Positions 1 to 12,013 are shown, counted from the first letter of the stretch. The stretch: DNA of 64,000 bases from an uncultured bacterium (GCA_964387845.1 CAYLXA010000013.1:1-64000); one strand, 5' to 3'. Translations and numbers: made by a program. Notes: generated from the letters alone by a model not told the origin.

Positions 1-178
1 ACTTAATACCCGACTATTTTAACTCCAAGTGGTGCACTTGCTTATTGAACTTTTGGTCGTTAATAAACGGTTACTAATACTAATTAGTACTAAATTGTAT
101 ATTTTATACATAATTTACTACCTAATAGCTATAATTCGATGTAAAATTACCTACTTTTAATCTTGCTCAAAGGTTTCT

Positions 179-2479
179 ATGAATTCTTCTCTGAATTACA
201 AACCTTCAATCCAGAAGAGCGTCGCTTTTTTTGTGTTCTTGATATTCACACATACAAGCACAATCGCCGGCCCGGATGCATCATCACTAATTTCCAATTT
301 TAATCAAAACTCTATCTCGCATGCCCGTACCATTCCTATTACGAACGTTTATTCGCGTTCGGAGCTAAGGCAAATTCTTTCAGAGCAAAAAATTCTAGAG
401 GCAGACGGAAAAAATCCACCGACGATTTCGAATCAAGCCAAGCATCCTCCTCATTTTTTTAATAGTGCTGCGGCTAACCAAAATGATTTATTGGATGCGC
501 TCAGGCGGTTCGTGCTGCTTTTAGACAGAGGAGAAAAAAAGCAATTTTTTAATGCAGACTATCTTGCCCTGCATCGTCTTGGAAGAATTCAATCAGAGGC
601 GTCTATTTATCCCGGCGTTAAATTAACATTCATGGCAAAACCGCCGCCGCGTTTTTTAAAGAGAGTTATTGATAAACCGAAATCAAAGAAAGCGGGTTCT
701 TTAATCGTCCAAATTTATCACAAGAAAAATGCGACTACGAATCGCATGCCCGTCGGCATTATCGCCGGTAATTTACAAACGCGGTCCAAAGATCTTTTGC
801 ATATTTTCTTTCTTCAATTAAACAAAGAGTTGCAGGGGATGGGAATTGTGCGGAAAGCGTTTAAACGTATCGGGCATTCTTTGCCCAAAGAAGTTACCAA
901 GATAGAACTCAATATTCTGCATTTTGCGACCCTGACTCAACTGGCACATAGAGCTATTGGTGAGGATCCGGAGTGGGCAAAGGAATTTGATGTGTCTGAT
1001 CTTGTGGTAAAGCAGGACTTCGCGAATTTATACAATGCGCTTGTTGACTTTTTGAAAAGACGGTCAGCAAGACAGGAGCCGATCGCAGGGATTTTCCCAT
1101 CTGATTTTTTAGCAGAAACAGATGAAGGCGCTTTGCTCAGAGAATCCGGTTTTTCAGAGCCGCAATTGGGTTTTCGCGAGTATGAATCGCGTCAAGTGCC
1201 AGGTGAAATACGGGCCGATCTTCATATTATTGCGACCAAAGCAAAAGTGAAAAAGCCGCAAAAATCGGCGATGAAGAAAAAGCCGAATTTTTTCGAAAAT
1301 AGAAATTTTCTGAAAGCTTTTTCTAAATCACCGCTTTTGTTTTTAGACGATCGGCACCGGCGAGTGCTTGAACTTCATTACGGATTAAATGGAAATAAAC
1401 GGCATTCGCTTATAGAAATAGCGCCCTTGATCAATGTCACTACATCAGAACGTGTTCGGCAGCTCGAAGAAGATGCAATGGAAAAAGTAAAATTGTTTTA
1501 TGAAAGCAAATTATGGCATAAAGGTTCGCCAAAGTTTTTAAACACAAGAGGCAAATTGCAGCCAATAATTCTGCAATATATCCTTTCTTTATTACCCCAT
1601 CAATCGGCAAAGAAAGCAAATGATCTGGGCATTGATAACCTTAGAACTCTTTTGTATGCAATAAAACCCAAATCGCTTGTCGGGAGAAAATCGCGGCGCG
1701 ACCGGCGCGAACTGGTTGACGGAATTCTTAGAACCTTTCGGGACCATTTTGATTCAGCCGAAATCCCCGAAACAAAGCCAGATTCTGCCGGCGAAGATAC
1801 AATACGGTCTGAATTACGCAAGAATGCGTTTAATCAAATCCAGTTATCATACACTGACAAAACATTTCAATTCGAAAGCCTGGGCACATCCAACTCAATG
1901 GATGCTTTTATTTTTGACAATGTCGAATTAGCATTGGATCAAGTTGAAGATAATTTGCCGCCAGCGACAACGGACACTCGAAATTCTTTCGGCGGGGCGC
2001 TTGGCATTGATTTGGTTTCAGATCAAATAACAGCAAATCAATCGGATGTGATGCCTATTATCGGTTTGCTGCCGTCCTACGGAAACATTGCTGAAGTGGT
2101 TTTACAAGCGGCAAAGAACATTGACGGCAAATTTCCGTTTGTCGTATTTGTGGAAACACCGCTTCAAAGGCGGACGCTTGAAGCGAGGCTTCCCGACAAT
2201 CGTAACGTTTTGGTCGTGACGGAAGCTAATTTGGATCAACTGATGAATCAAATTCCGGGCCGCGCAGAGCTGCGCGTTGTCGGGAATCACAGTTTCGAAG
2301 ATCGGCGGTATTTTCAGCGGCTTGATATTCTATTGAAAACGCGATATCCGGGCAGAATTGAGCTTAATCCTAAGATGTTTAATCCCAATGAGTTAGATGG
2401 ATTATTGGGCATTGCTGAATTGGCTTCGAATTTAAGATCTAAATTAAGAAAAGCCTGGGCAGTTGCAAGTGCTGCTTAA
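179..2479 (+). CDS. hypothetical 766-aa protein with an N-terminal hydrophobic signal/anchor segment and an internal sigma-70 region-4-like HTH
   Basis: Long ORF with the same codon usage as its neighbours. N-terminal hydrophobic stretch VAFFVFLIFTHTSTIAG. Residues ~388-438 (LDDRHRRVLELHYGLNGNKRHSLIEIAPLINVTTSERVRQLEEDAMEKV) match the sigma-70 region 4.2 consensus. No region 2 recognisable. Confidence 0.6.
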   Translation: MNSSLNYKPSIQKSVAFFVFLIFTHTSTIAGPDASSLISNFNQNSISHARTIPITNVYSRSELRQILSEQKILEADGKNPPTISNQAKHPPHFFNSAAANQNDLLDALRRFVLLLDRGEKKQFFNADYLALHRLGRIQSEASIYPGVKLTFMAKPPPRFLKRVIDKPKSKKAGSLIVQIYHKKNATTNRMPVGIIAGNLQTRSKDLLHIFFLQLNKELQGMGIVRKAFKRIGHSLPKEVTKIELNILHFATLTQLAHRAIGEDPEWAKEFDVSDLVVKQDFANLYNALVDFLKRRSARQEPIAGIFPSDFLAETDEGALLRESGFSEPQLGFREYESRQVPGEIRADLHIIATKAKVKKPQKSAMKKKPNFFENRNFLKAFSKSPLLFLDDRHRRVLELHYGLNGNKRHSLIEIAPLINVTTSERVRQLEEDAMEKVKLFYESKLWHKGSPKFLNTRGKLQPIILQYILSLLPHQSAKKANDLGIDNLRTLLYAIKPKSLVGRKSRRDRRELVDGILRTFRDHFDSAEIPETKPDSAGEDTIRSELRKNAFNQIQLSYTDKTFQFESLGTSNSMDAFIFDNVELALDQVEDNLPPATTDTRNSFGGALGIDLVSDQITANQSDVMPIIGLLPSYGNIAEVVLQAAKNIDGKFPFVVFVETPLQRRTLEARLPDNRNVLVVTEANLDQLMNQIPGRAELRVVGNHSFEDRRYFQRLDILLKTRYPGRIELNPKMFNPNELDGLLGIAELASNLRSKLRKAWAVASAA

Positions 2480-2487
2480 AAAATGAC

Positions 2488-2515
2488 TTGCAATGCATTT
2501 GGCGTTATGTATACT
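2488..2515 (+). promoter_or_regulatory. sigma70-like promoter TTGCAA-16-TATACT upstream of polA
   Basis: -35 TTGCAA at 2488-2493, -10 TATACT at 2510-2515, 16-bp spacer, about 130 nt upstream of the polA start. Confidence 0.4.
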
Positions 2516-2644
2516 TTACCTAATTGCGATTGATCCACACGATCATCCCCACAATTGATAAATTCCCTGAGAAATAAAAATAAATAAGCAGTTGTACTTA
2601 ATAAATCCTAAGCACTAAATCCGAAATCGTTCAATCCTTAATTC

Positions 2645-5332
2645 GTGAAGAAAACCAAATCAGCCTCCGGCAAGCTGCTCTTAATCGATGGACAAGCGTT
2701 TTGTTATAGGGCTTTTTACGCCGTTCGTGACTTAACCAATTCAAAGGGCGAGCCCACAAACGCGATTTACGGATTTATCACGATGCTTAAAAAACTTGTG
2801 CACAAGGAAAAGCCGGATTATCTGGCGGTTTGTTTTGACCGGAAAGAGCCGACTTTTCGGCATACGAAATACGAAAATTACAAGGCGCACCGCAAGCCGA
2901 TGCCGGAACCTTTGGTTGAACAGATTCCGCACATTAAGGAATATGTGCATGCGTCGCATATCGCGACATTTGAGCTGGCCGGTTACGAAGCGGATGACAT
3001 CATCGGCACTCTCGCGCATAAAGCAAAAAAAGAAGGCTGCGACGTTTTAATTGCCACGAACGACAAAGACGCTTATCAATTGATCGAAGATCAGATTTAC
3101 GTGCTGAATCCCGTCACGGAAGAAGTTTTTGACGAAGGAAAAGTAAAAGAAAAATTCGGCGGCCTTGGGCCCCGGCAGATCATCGATTATTTGGGTCTGA
3201 TGGGGGATGCTTCAGACAATATTCCAGGCGTTCCCGGAATCGGCGAAAAAACGGCGCTCACATTGATTCAAGAGCATGGTTCCGTCGAATTGCTTTACAA
3301 GAATTTAGATGATGTGAAAGGAAAAACACAGAAAGTGCTGAAAGAAAACGAAAACCTGGCTACTTTATCGAAAGATTTGGCAACGATTGATTGCCAAGTG
3401 CCTTTGGATTTTGATCTGAGTAAATTAAAAGTTCGCGCTCCGGATGAAGAAAAGCTTTCCGAGTTTTTTAAGCGCTTCGAATTCCGAAGTTTATTGAAGG
3501 ATTTAAAACCGACGGATGAAACCGGTGATGAAAAGCGTCATTATCATACGGTGGATGATGAAAGTAAGCTTGAAAAGTTAATCGAGAAGCTTGAAAAATC
3601 AAAAGCATTCGCAGTCGATACCGAAACCACTTCTGCGGAGCCGATGCTCGCGCATTTGGTGGGTGTGAGTGTTTCTGTAAAACCCTTCGAAGCATATTAC
3701 ATTCCCGTTTCAAGCAAGCATCACAAAGGCGAAGGCTTGAAATCCGAATCGGTCCTTAAAAAATTAAAACCGGTCCTTGAAAATCCAAAAATCGATAAGT
3801 ACGGCCAAAACATCAAATATGATTTGATTGTTTTCGCGCGGCATGGGGTTGATTTGAAAGGCATCGAATTTGACACCATGATTGCTTCTTATTTAATCAA
3901 TCCGGTGAAGCTTAATCACAACATTGATGACATTGCGTTCGATTATTTGGGCGTACGCAAAATCCAGACTACGGAACTTCTGGGAAGCGGCAAAAATCAA
4001 ATCACGATGGACCTGGTTCCGCTTGAGAAAATTACGCAGTATGCCTGCGAAGACGCGGATGTTGTGATGCGGCTTGTGGAACCTTTAAGAAAACTGCTCG
4101 GTGTGCATAAAATCGAGAAAGTATTTCACGAAATCGAAATGCCGCTCATGACCGTGCTTGCCAAAATGGAAATGAGCGGTGTTGCGCTTGATCTCAAATT
4201 TTTGAAAGGGTTGTCGGACACGGCCGAGAAGGATTTGAGCGGATTAACGAAGAAAATTTATAAAGAAGCCGGCGAAGAATTTAATATCAACTCTACGAAA
4301 CAGCTGGCCGATATTTTGTTTACGAAGTTAAAGCTGCCCGTGATCAAGAAAACCAAAACGGGTTATTCGACGGATACCAGCGTACTTGAAAAACTCGCGC
4401 AAAGTTACGATCTTCCGAAACTGCTCTTAGAATACCGGGAAAAATCGAAATTAAAATCAACCTATTTAGATGCATTTCCTGAGCTGATACATCCCGAAAC
4501 GAAATTAATTCACACATCGTTTAACCAAACCGTGACGTCAACGGGGCGGCTTTCGAGCTCAGATCCGAATTTGCAGAATATTCCGATCCGGACGGAAACC
4601 GGAAGGCAGATCAGGCGCGCATTTGTTCCGCGTTCAAAGAATCACAAGATTTTGTCGGCGGATTATTCACAGGTTGAACTCCGGATCTTGGCGCATTTAT
4701 CGGAAGACCCGAATTTAATTAAGGCGTTTAAAGAAGATCTGGACATTCACAACTTCACGGCGACTTTGCTTTATGGCGTAAAAGAAGCGGATGTGTCGCG
4801 CGAGATGCGCGATGCCGCGAAAACCATTAATTTCAGTATCGTGTACGGTGTGAGCGCTTTTGGCCTTGCGGGAAGCCTCAAAGTCTCGTTTCCCGAAGCA
4901 CAGGCATTTATTGATTCGTACTTTGCCCGATACCCGAAAGTTAAAGAATATTTGGAATCCGAAAAAGCGGAAGCACGCGAAAAAGGGTTTTTGACCACGA
5001 TGTACGGCCGCAGGTCTTATTTTCCTGAAATTCGTTCGTCAAACCAAACGTTGCGTCAATTTGCGGAGCGCGCGGCGATTAATGCGCCGATCCAGGGCAC
5101 GGCGGCTGATTTGATTAAATTGGCGATGATCGAAATTCAAAACGAGCTTGAGAAATCAAAATCTGAAAGTTTGATGATTATCCAGGTGCATGACGAACTT
5201 GTGTTCGATGTTCCGAATTCGGAATTAAAGGACACCGAGAAACTTGTCCGGGAGCGCATGGAAGGCGTTTCGAAAATGCATGTTCCGTTAAAAGTCGACG
5301 TGACAACCGGTGAAAGCTGGTTTAAGGAATAA
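2645..5332 (+). CDS. polA: DNA polymerase I
   Basis: 895 aa with a 5'-3' exonuclease N-terminal domain, a 3'-5' exonuclease domain and a family A polymerase domain (DYSQVELRILAHLS, QVHDELVFD). GTG start. Confidence 0.95.
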   Translation: MKKTKSASGKLLLIDGQAFCYRAFYAVRDLTNSKGEPTNAIYGFITMLKKLVHKEKPDYLAVCFDRKEPTFRHTKYENYKAHRKPMPEPLVEQIPHIKEYVHASHIATFELAGYEADDIIGTLAHKAKKEGCDVLIATNDKDAYQLIEDQIYVLNPVTEEVFDEGKVKEKFGGLGPRQIIDYLGLMGDASDNIPGVPGIGEKTALTLIQEHGSVELLYKNLDDVKGKTQKVLKENENLATLSKDLATIDCQVPLDFDLSKLKVRAPDEEKLSEFFKRFEFRSLLKDLKPTDETGDEKRHYHTVDDESKLEKLIEKLEKSKAFAVDTETTSAEPMLAHLVGVSVSVKPFEAYYIPVSSKHHKGEGLKSESVLKKLKPVLENPKIDKYGQNIKYDLIVFARHGVDLKGIEFDTMIASYLINPVKLNHNIDDIAFDYLGVRKIQTTELLGSGKNQITMDLVPLEKITQYACEDADVVMRLVEPLRKLLGVHKIEKVFHEIEMPLMTVLAKMEMSGVALDLKFLKGLSDTAEKDLSGLTKKIYKEAGEEFNINSTKQLADILFTKLKLPVIKKTKTGYSTDTSVLEKLAQSYDLPKLLLEYREKSKLKSTYLDAFPELIHPETKLIHTSFNQTVTSTGRLSSSDPNLQNIPIRTETGRQIRRAFVPRSKNHKILSADYSQVELRILAHLSEDPNLIKAFKEDLDIHNFTATLLYGVKEADVSREMRDAAKTINFSIVYGVSAFGLAGSLKVSFPEAQAFIDSYFARYPKVKEYLESEKAEAREKGFLTTMYGRRSYFPEIRSSNQTLRQFAERAAINAPIQGTAADLIKLAMIEIQNELEKSKSESLMIIQVHDELVFDVPNSELKDTEKLVRERMEGVSKMHVPLKVDVTTGESWFKE

Positions 5333-5922
5333 TGGCGAAGCGTATTTTGCTGGGCTTGACCGGGACTTTCGGAAGCGGAAAAAGTACGGTTGCGAAGATT
5401 TTAAATTCGAAAGGCGCAAAAGTAATCGATTGTGACCGGTTGGCGCACGAAGTTTTTGACAGGCGGAAAGCGCCCAAGATTTATAGAAAACTTCAAAGGC
5501 TCTTTGATTTAGAAAAACTCGACCGGCGCGAAGTTGCAAAAGTGGTTTTTAAAAACCGTTCGAAGCGTAAGAAGCTTGAATCAATCGTTCATCCGTATGT
5601 GAAAAAACGGATTTTTGATTCATTAAAGCGCATGATGCGCGGCTTGGTCGTCATTGAAGTGCCGCTATTATTTGAAAGCGGATTTAACAAGTGGATGGAT
5701 TTTACGGCCACGGTTTCGGCATCAGAAAAAGTGATGCTGAAAAGGTTTAAAAAGCGCGGTATTCCGGCATCGGCTGTGAAGCCAAGATGGAAATCGCAGC
5801 TGCCGCTTAAAGAAAAAGAAAAGCGTTCTGATTTTATTATTGTTAATTCAGGAAACATCAAGCAGTTAAGAAAACAAGCAGTTTCGCTTTATCAGAAGTT
5901 GCAATTAAAACTGGAATCATAA
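5332..5922 (+). CDS. coaE: dephospho-CoA kinase
   Basis: P-loop LGLTGTFGSGKST at the N-terminus and a CoaE-like length (196 aa). The start overlaps the polA stop (TAATG). Confidence 0.85.
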   Translation: MAKRILLGLTGTFGSGKSTVAKILNSKGAKVIDCDRLAHEVFDRRKAPKIYRKLQRLFDLEKLDRREVAKVVFKNRSKRKKLESIVHPYVKKRIFDSLKRMMRGLVVIEVPLLFESGFNKWMDFTATVSASEKVMLKRFKKRGIPASAVKPRWKSQLPLKEKEKRSDFIIVNSGNIKQLRKQAVSLYQKLQLKLES

Positions 5923-5946
5923 TGATTCAAAAGGAGAATTAAGAAA

Positions 5947-7389
<1,443 letters not shown>

Positions 7390-7408
7390 AATTAAAAAGG
7401 AAACTATC

Positions 7409-7693
7409 ATGAAGAAAGATATTCATCCCAAATACGGAGCCGCCGTTATTCGCTGTGCGTGCGGTAACGTTATCGAAACCAAAAGCACGAAACCCGAAAT
7501 TCGCGTGGATATTTGTTCGGCATGCCATCCGTTTTTCACCGGCCAGCAAAAGTTGGTCGATACGGCAGGCAGAATCGATAAGTTCCAGAAGAAATATGCT
7601 GGCAAAGTAGTTTCCAAAGGCACTTCAAAGCCTGTGAAGGTCAAGAAGTCCAAGGAAGAACGCAAGGCCGCTAAAGCCGAAACGAAAAAGTAA
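7409..7693 (+). CDS. rpmE: 50S ribosomal protein L31 (Zn-ribbon type) with a K-rich C-terminal tail
   Basis: MKKDIHPKY ... CACGNV ... [13 protein letters not shown] motif. Confidence 0.9.
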   Translation: MKKDIHPKYGAAVIRCACGNVIETKSTKPEIRVDICSACHPFFTGQQKLVDTAGRIDKFQKKYAGKVVSKGTSKPVKVKKSKEERKAAKAETKK

Positions 7694-7710
7694 ATACGCC
7701 AGACAAACGC

Positions 7711-7744
7711 CGAAATCCGGAACCGAAATGGTTTCGGATTTCGT
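7711..7744 (+). terminator. hairpin downstream of rpmE (no strong U-tract)
   Basis: cgaaatccggaacc / ggtttcggatttcg inverted repeat, about 14 bp with one mismatch. Confidence 0.35.
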
Positions 7745-7769
7745 GCTTTGTGGCACTTAATGAATCACC

Positions 7770-8852
7770 ATGCTTCCGATTGACCGTCTCGAAAAAATAA
7801 AATCCCGCGTGAGCGAGATCCATGCGCTCTTAAGCGATCCGAATGTCTCAAAAGACCGCAATCAAATCCAGTCTTTGGGCAAAGAACTTTCCAAAATTGA
7901 GCCGACCGTCAAACTTTTTGAAAATTATCAGCTGCTCGCGAAGGATCTTTCGGAAGCCGAGCATCAAATCAAATCCGCAAAAGACGAAGAAACGGTCAAA
8001 TTCTACGATGAAGAAAAAAAGTCTCTTTTAGAAAAACAGAAAACGCTTGAAGCCGAAATCGAATCAAAGCTGCTCGGCAGCGACGCCGATAGCGCGGTGA
8101 AAAGCATCATCGTGGAAATCAGGGCCGGAACGGGCGGAGAGGAGGCATCGCTTTTCGCAAAAGACCTCTTCCGGATGTATTCGCGTTATTGCCAAGAGCA
8201 TGGCCTCGCCGTTGAAGTCATGAACACAACCATCAGCGGAAAAGGCGGTTTTAAAGAAATTATTTTTGGTGTTTCAGGCGGCGGCGCTTATTCAGCGCTG
8301 AAATACGAAAGCGGCATTCACCGCGTTCAGCGAGTCCCCGAAACGGAAGCAAGCGGACGCGTGCATACCTCCGCATCCACCGTTGCAGTTCTTCCGGAAG
8401 TTGATGAAGTGGAGATCGAAATTAAACCCGAAGACTTGCGGATTGAAGTGTGCCGTGCAGGCGGCCCCGGCGGACAAGGCGTCAATACGACAGACTCTGC
8501 AGTTCAGATTTGGCACTTGCCGACAGGCCTCATGGTTCGCTGCCAGGATGAACGGTCACAGCTTAAAAACAAAGCAAAAGGCATGCGCGTGCTTCGTGCC
8601 CGGCTTCATCAATTAAAGCAGGACGAACAAAACAAACAAATTTCGGAGGCACGCAAAAGCCAGGTTGGTTCAGGCGACCGGTCGGGGAAAATCCGTACTT
8701 ATAACTTTCCGGACGGCCGTGTGACGGACCATAGAATCGGTTTGACTTTGCACAACTTGCATGATATTTTGGACGGCCATTTGGACGATTTAGTCATATC
8801 GATGCAGCAGGCCGAGAGGGAAGAAAAGCTGAAAAGCGGCGGCGAGGCATGA
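7770..8852 (+). CDS. prfA: peptide chain release factor 1
   Basis: GGQ motif (GGQGVNTTDSAVQIWHLPTG) and an RF1-type PxT tripeptide (RVPETE). Confidence 0.92.
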   Translation: MLPIDRLEKIKSRVSEIHALLSDPNVSKDRNQIQSLGKELSKIEPTVKLFENYQLLAKDLSEAEHQIKSAKDEETVKFYDEEKKSLLEKQKTLEAEIESKLLGSDADSAVKSIIVEIRAGTGGEEASLFAKDLFRMYSRYCQEHGLAVEVMNTTISGKGGFKEIIFGVSGGGAYSALKYESGIHRVQRVPETEASGRVHTSASTVAVLPEVDEVEIEIKPEDLRIEVCRAGGPGGQGVNTTDSAVQIWHLPTGLMVRCQDERSQLKNKAKGMRVLRARLHQLKQDEQNKQISEARKSQVGSGDRSGKIRTYNFPDGRVTDHRIGLTLHNLHDILDGHLDDLVISMQQAEREEKLKSGGEA

Positions 8853-9700
8853 ATTCGAGCGTTCTTGAAGTTCTCCATAAGGGTACGGATTACCTAAAAT
8901 CACGCCATCTTATTAATGAAGAGGCAATCGCTTCTTCACAGCATTTGTTGGCACATATTTTACGTAAACCTAAATCAGATCTATACTTAGAGTCAAATCA
9001 GAGTGTTTCTGACCAGAAAGTTAAGCAGTTCTTTGATTTATTAAAACGAAGAGCCAAGCGCTATCCGGTGCAATATTTAACCAAAGAGACAGGGTTTCGC
9101 TTTTTGGGCTTAGAAGTGCGACCCGGTACTTTGATTCCGCGCCCTGAAACCGAAATTTTAGTAGATATTGTTCTCAAGCGTTTGGCGATTGATGACCCAA
9201 CGATCTTGGATATCGGAACGGGAAGCGGCAATATTGCGATCAGCCTAGCCAGAGAAGTGTCGGGCTCGAAAGTAATCGCCACTGATTTGTCTGCAAATTC
9301 CATTAAGCTTGCTAAGAAAAATGCCGCAAGAAACGGGGTTTTGAAACGTATTAATTTTGTCCGAACAAATTTATGGAAAGGTATCCGGAAGAAGTTTGAT
9401 GCGGTTGTTTCCAATCCGCCATATTTATCGGATCGTGATTTTAAAAATCTGCAGCCGGAAGTCCGTTACGAACCCAAGCTTGCATTGAGCGGCGGGCCGG
9501 ACGGTTTAAAAATGTATCGAGCGATCATTCGTTCGGCGAAAAATATTTTAAAGCCCGAAGCTTTGATCGCATTTGAAGTCGGAATTGATCAAGCTGAAAT
9601 TGTTGCAAAGTTGCTTGAATCGAATCAATTTCATAAAATTGAAATTGCAAAAGACCTTGCCGGAATTGATCGAATTGTTTCGGCGTATTCAAAATCATAA
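8849..9700 (+). CDS. prmC: release factor glutamine N5-methyltransferase
   Basis: NPPY motif (VVSNPPYLSD) and a SAM-binding DIGTGSG motif. ATGA overlap with the prfA stop. Confidence 0.85.
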   Translation: MNSSVLEVLHKGTDYLKSRHLINEEAIASSQHLLAHILRKPKSDLYLESNQSVSDQKVKQFFDLLKRRAKRYPVQYLTKETGFRFLGLEVRPGTLIPRPETEILVDIVLKRLAIDDPTILDIGTGSGNIAISLAREVSGSKVIATDLSANSIKLAKKNAARNGVLKRINFVRTNLWKGIRKKFDAVVSNPPYLSDRDFKNLQPEVRYEPKLALSGGPDGLKMYRAIIRSAKNILKPEALIAFEVGIDQAEIVAKLLESNQFHKIEIAKDLAGIDRIVSAYSKS

Positions 9701-10965
9701 TGGATAAAATTGTTATTCGCGGCGGTGACAAATTAAAGGGCACCGTTAAGATTTCAGGAGCCAAAAATTCGGCACTGCCGATTATGGCTGCTGCTCTTTT
9801 GACAGACGAACCATCGATTTTGTTGGACGTGCCTAATCTGCGGGACGTTTCGACGATGATCAAGCTGCTCAAATTTTTGGGCACTCGTATTACTTATGAA
9901 GACGGCCGGCTCGAAATTAAGCCGATTCGTAAATTAAATCCGATGGCGCCCTACAATTTGGTAAGCACGATGCGCGCTTCGGTTTGCGTATTAGGGCCTC
10001 TTTTGACACGGCTCGGTTATGCGCAGGTTTCGATCCCTGGCGGATGCGTGATTGGCGCTCGGCCCATTGATCTTCATTTAAAGGGGCTTGAAGCGTTAGG
10101 CGCCAAAATTCGGATTGAACACGGTTATGTGCACGCGACCACGAAAAATGGATTGCGGGGCGCCGAAGTTTACTTGGGCGGTGCTTACGGCTCTTCGGTT
10201 CTTGCGACCGGAAACGTGATGATGGCCGCAACGCTAGCAAAAGGTTTGACGCTGATTGAAAACGCGGCTTGCGAGCCGGAAGTTGTCGATTTGGCAAACT
10301 TTTTGATCAAAATGGGCGCCAAAATCGAAGGCCACGGGTCGCATTTAATTAAGATTCAAGGCGTCAAAAAATTGCATGGTGTAACACATACCGTTATTCC
10401 GGACCGGATTGAAGCCGGAACATTTATGGTTGCAGCGGCAATGACGGGCGGTGATTTGACGATTCAAAATTGTTATTACGAGCACAACACGGCTTTAATT
10501 GATAAATTGAGACAAGCCGGCGTTAAAGTCGAACGTTTGAAAAATGCACTTCGCGTGAGCCGCCGGAGCGCTTTGAAGCCGATTGATGTGACGACTCATC
10601 CTTATCCGGGTTTTCCGACGGATCTGCAGGCTCAGATGATGGCCTTGATGGTCACAACGCCCGGGATCAGCGTTATCACGGAAAAAATTTATCCGGACCG
10701 GTTTATGCACGTGAGCGAACTTAATCGCATGGGTTCACGCGTATTTTTGGAAGGTTCCAGCGCGATTGTAAACGGCGTCAAGAGATTGAGCGGTGCACCT
10801 GTGATGGCTTCGGATTTAAGAGCTAGTGCGGCGTTGGTGTTGGCAGGGCTTGTCGCGGACGGCGAAACGCATGTGCATCGCGTTTACCATTTAGACCGCG
10901 GCTATGAGCGAATTGAAGAGAAATTATCTAAATTAGGCGCCATTATTCGAAGAGAGAAAGAATAA
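9700..10965 (+). CDS. murA: UDP-N-acetylglucosamine 1-carboxyvinyltransferase
   Basis: MDKIVIRGGDKLKGTVKISGAKNSALPIMAAALL N-terminus and a typical length (421 aa). Confidence 0.93.
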   Translation: MDKIVIRGGDKLKGTVKISGAKNSALPIMAAALLTDEPSILLDVPNLRDVSTMIKLLKFLGTRITYEDGRLEIKPIRKLNPMAPYNLVSTMRASVCVLGPLLTRLGYAQVSIPGGCVIGARPIDLHLKGLEALGAKIRIEHGYVHATTKNGLRGAEVYLGGAYGSSVLATGNVMMAATLAKGLTLIENAACEPEVVDLANFLIKMGAKIEGHGSHLIKIQGVKKLHGVTHTVIPDRIEAGTFMVAAAMTGGDLTIQNCYYEHNTALIDKLRQAGVKVERLKNALRVSRRSALKPIDVTTHPYPGFPTDLQAQMMALMVTTPGISVITEKIYPDRFMHVSELNRMGSRVFLEGSSAIVNGVKRLSGAPVMASDLRASAALVLAGLVADGETHVHRVYHLDRGYERIEEKLSKLGAIIRREKE

Positions 10966-10967
10966 AG

Positions 10968-11044
10968 GTTTAAATTCAAATATTAAATTTCAAATATCAA
11001 AACGTTGTTGTTTTAGATTTTGAAATTTGAATTTTAGATTTAAG
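10968..11044. repeat. AT-rich palindromic element (CAAATATCAAA family), copy 1
   Basis: Imperfect inverted arms taaattcaaatattaaatttcaaatatcaaaac / gttttagattttgaaatttgaattttagattta. About 85% identical to the arm at 15239. Confidence 0.6.
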
Positions 11045-11061
11045 TACAAGGAGGTTTAAAA

Positions 11062-11313
11062 GTGGCAGTTAGAATCAGACTTAAAAGATTAGGAACAAAA
11101 AACAAACCATTTTGGCGTATTGTGGTGACCGACGGAAAAATGCCGCGTGACGGCAGGTTTATCGAAGAGATCGGCTATTACGATCCAAAAATGAATCCAA
11201 TCAAGCTTCACATTGATCAAGATCGTGCAAAGCATTGGATTTCGGTCGGTGCACAGCCTAGCGATATCGTTAAGCAGCTGATCAAGCGCAACGAAACGCA
11301 AGCTGCGAAGTAA
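11062..11313 (+). CDS. rpsP: 30S ribosomal protein S16
   Basis: MAVRIRLKRLGTKNKPFWRIVV. GTG start with an AAGGAGG RBS. Confidence 0.92.
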   Translation: MAVRIRLKRLGTKNKPFWRIVVTDGKMPRDGRFIEEIGYYDPKMNPIKLHIDQDRAKHWISVGAQPSDIVKQLIKRNETQAAK

Positions 11314-11332
11314 TTTTGCTCACGCAAAAAAT

Positions 11333-12013
11333 TTGGAGTTTGGTTTGAAGATCGATATTGTAACGCTCTTTCCTAAAACATTTGAAGGGCCGCTTCAGGA
11401 GTCGATGATCCGGCTGGCTCAGAAAAAAAAGCTTGTGGATTTCGAAGTCCGTAATTTACGCAACTGGACTCACGATGCCCACAAAACGTGCGACGACAAG
11501 CCGTTTGGCGGCGGTCCCGGCATGGTGATGAAAGTTGAGCCGATTGATGAATGCCTGAAGGAAATCCGTAAAAAAGGGCGCGTGATCATGCTCTCGCCGC
11601 GCGGTGAACCGTTTACGCAAAAAACGGCAAAACGGCTGTCCAAGCAGAAGCATTTGATTTTCTTATGCGGTCACTATGAAGGTGTGGACGAGCGAGTTCA
11701 TCAGCATTTAGCAGATGAAGAAATCTCAATCGGCGATTTCGTAACAACCGGCGGCGAATTTCCGGCGCTGTGCATAATCGATGCCGTTGTGCGGCTGCTA
11801 CCGGGCGTTCTGGGGAATGAAAATTCACTCGATTCGGAATCGTTTGAAAAAAATCTTTTGGAGTATCCGCAATATACGCGGCCTTCTGAGTATAAAGGCT
11901 GGAAAGTTCCGGAAGTTTTAAGATCTGGGAAGCATTCGGAAATAAAAAAATGGCGCGAAGCAGAAGCGCTGAAGATGACCAAGCGTCATCGGCCGGATTT
12001 GTTAAAAAGTTGA
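11333..12013 (+). CDS. trmD: tRNA (guanine37-N1)-methyltransferase
   Basis: IDIVTLFP N-terminus and a SPOUT-family length. TTG start at 11333, or at 11345 preceded by GGAG. Confidence 0.88.
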   Translation: MEFGLKIDIVTLFPKTFEGPLQESMIRLAQKKKLVDFEVRNLRNWTHDAHKTCDDKPFGGGPGMVMKVEPIDECLKEIRKKGRVIMLSPRGEPFTQKTAKRLSKQKHLIFLCGHYEGVDERVHQHLADEEISIGDFVTTGGEFPALCIIDAVVRLLPGVLGNENSLDSESFEKNLLEYPQYTRPSEYKGWKVPEVLRSGKHSEIKKWREAEALKMTKRHRPDLLKS

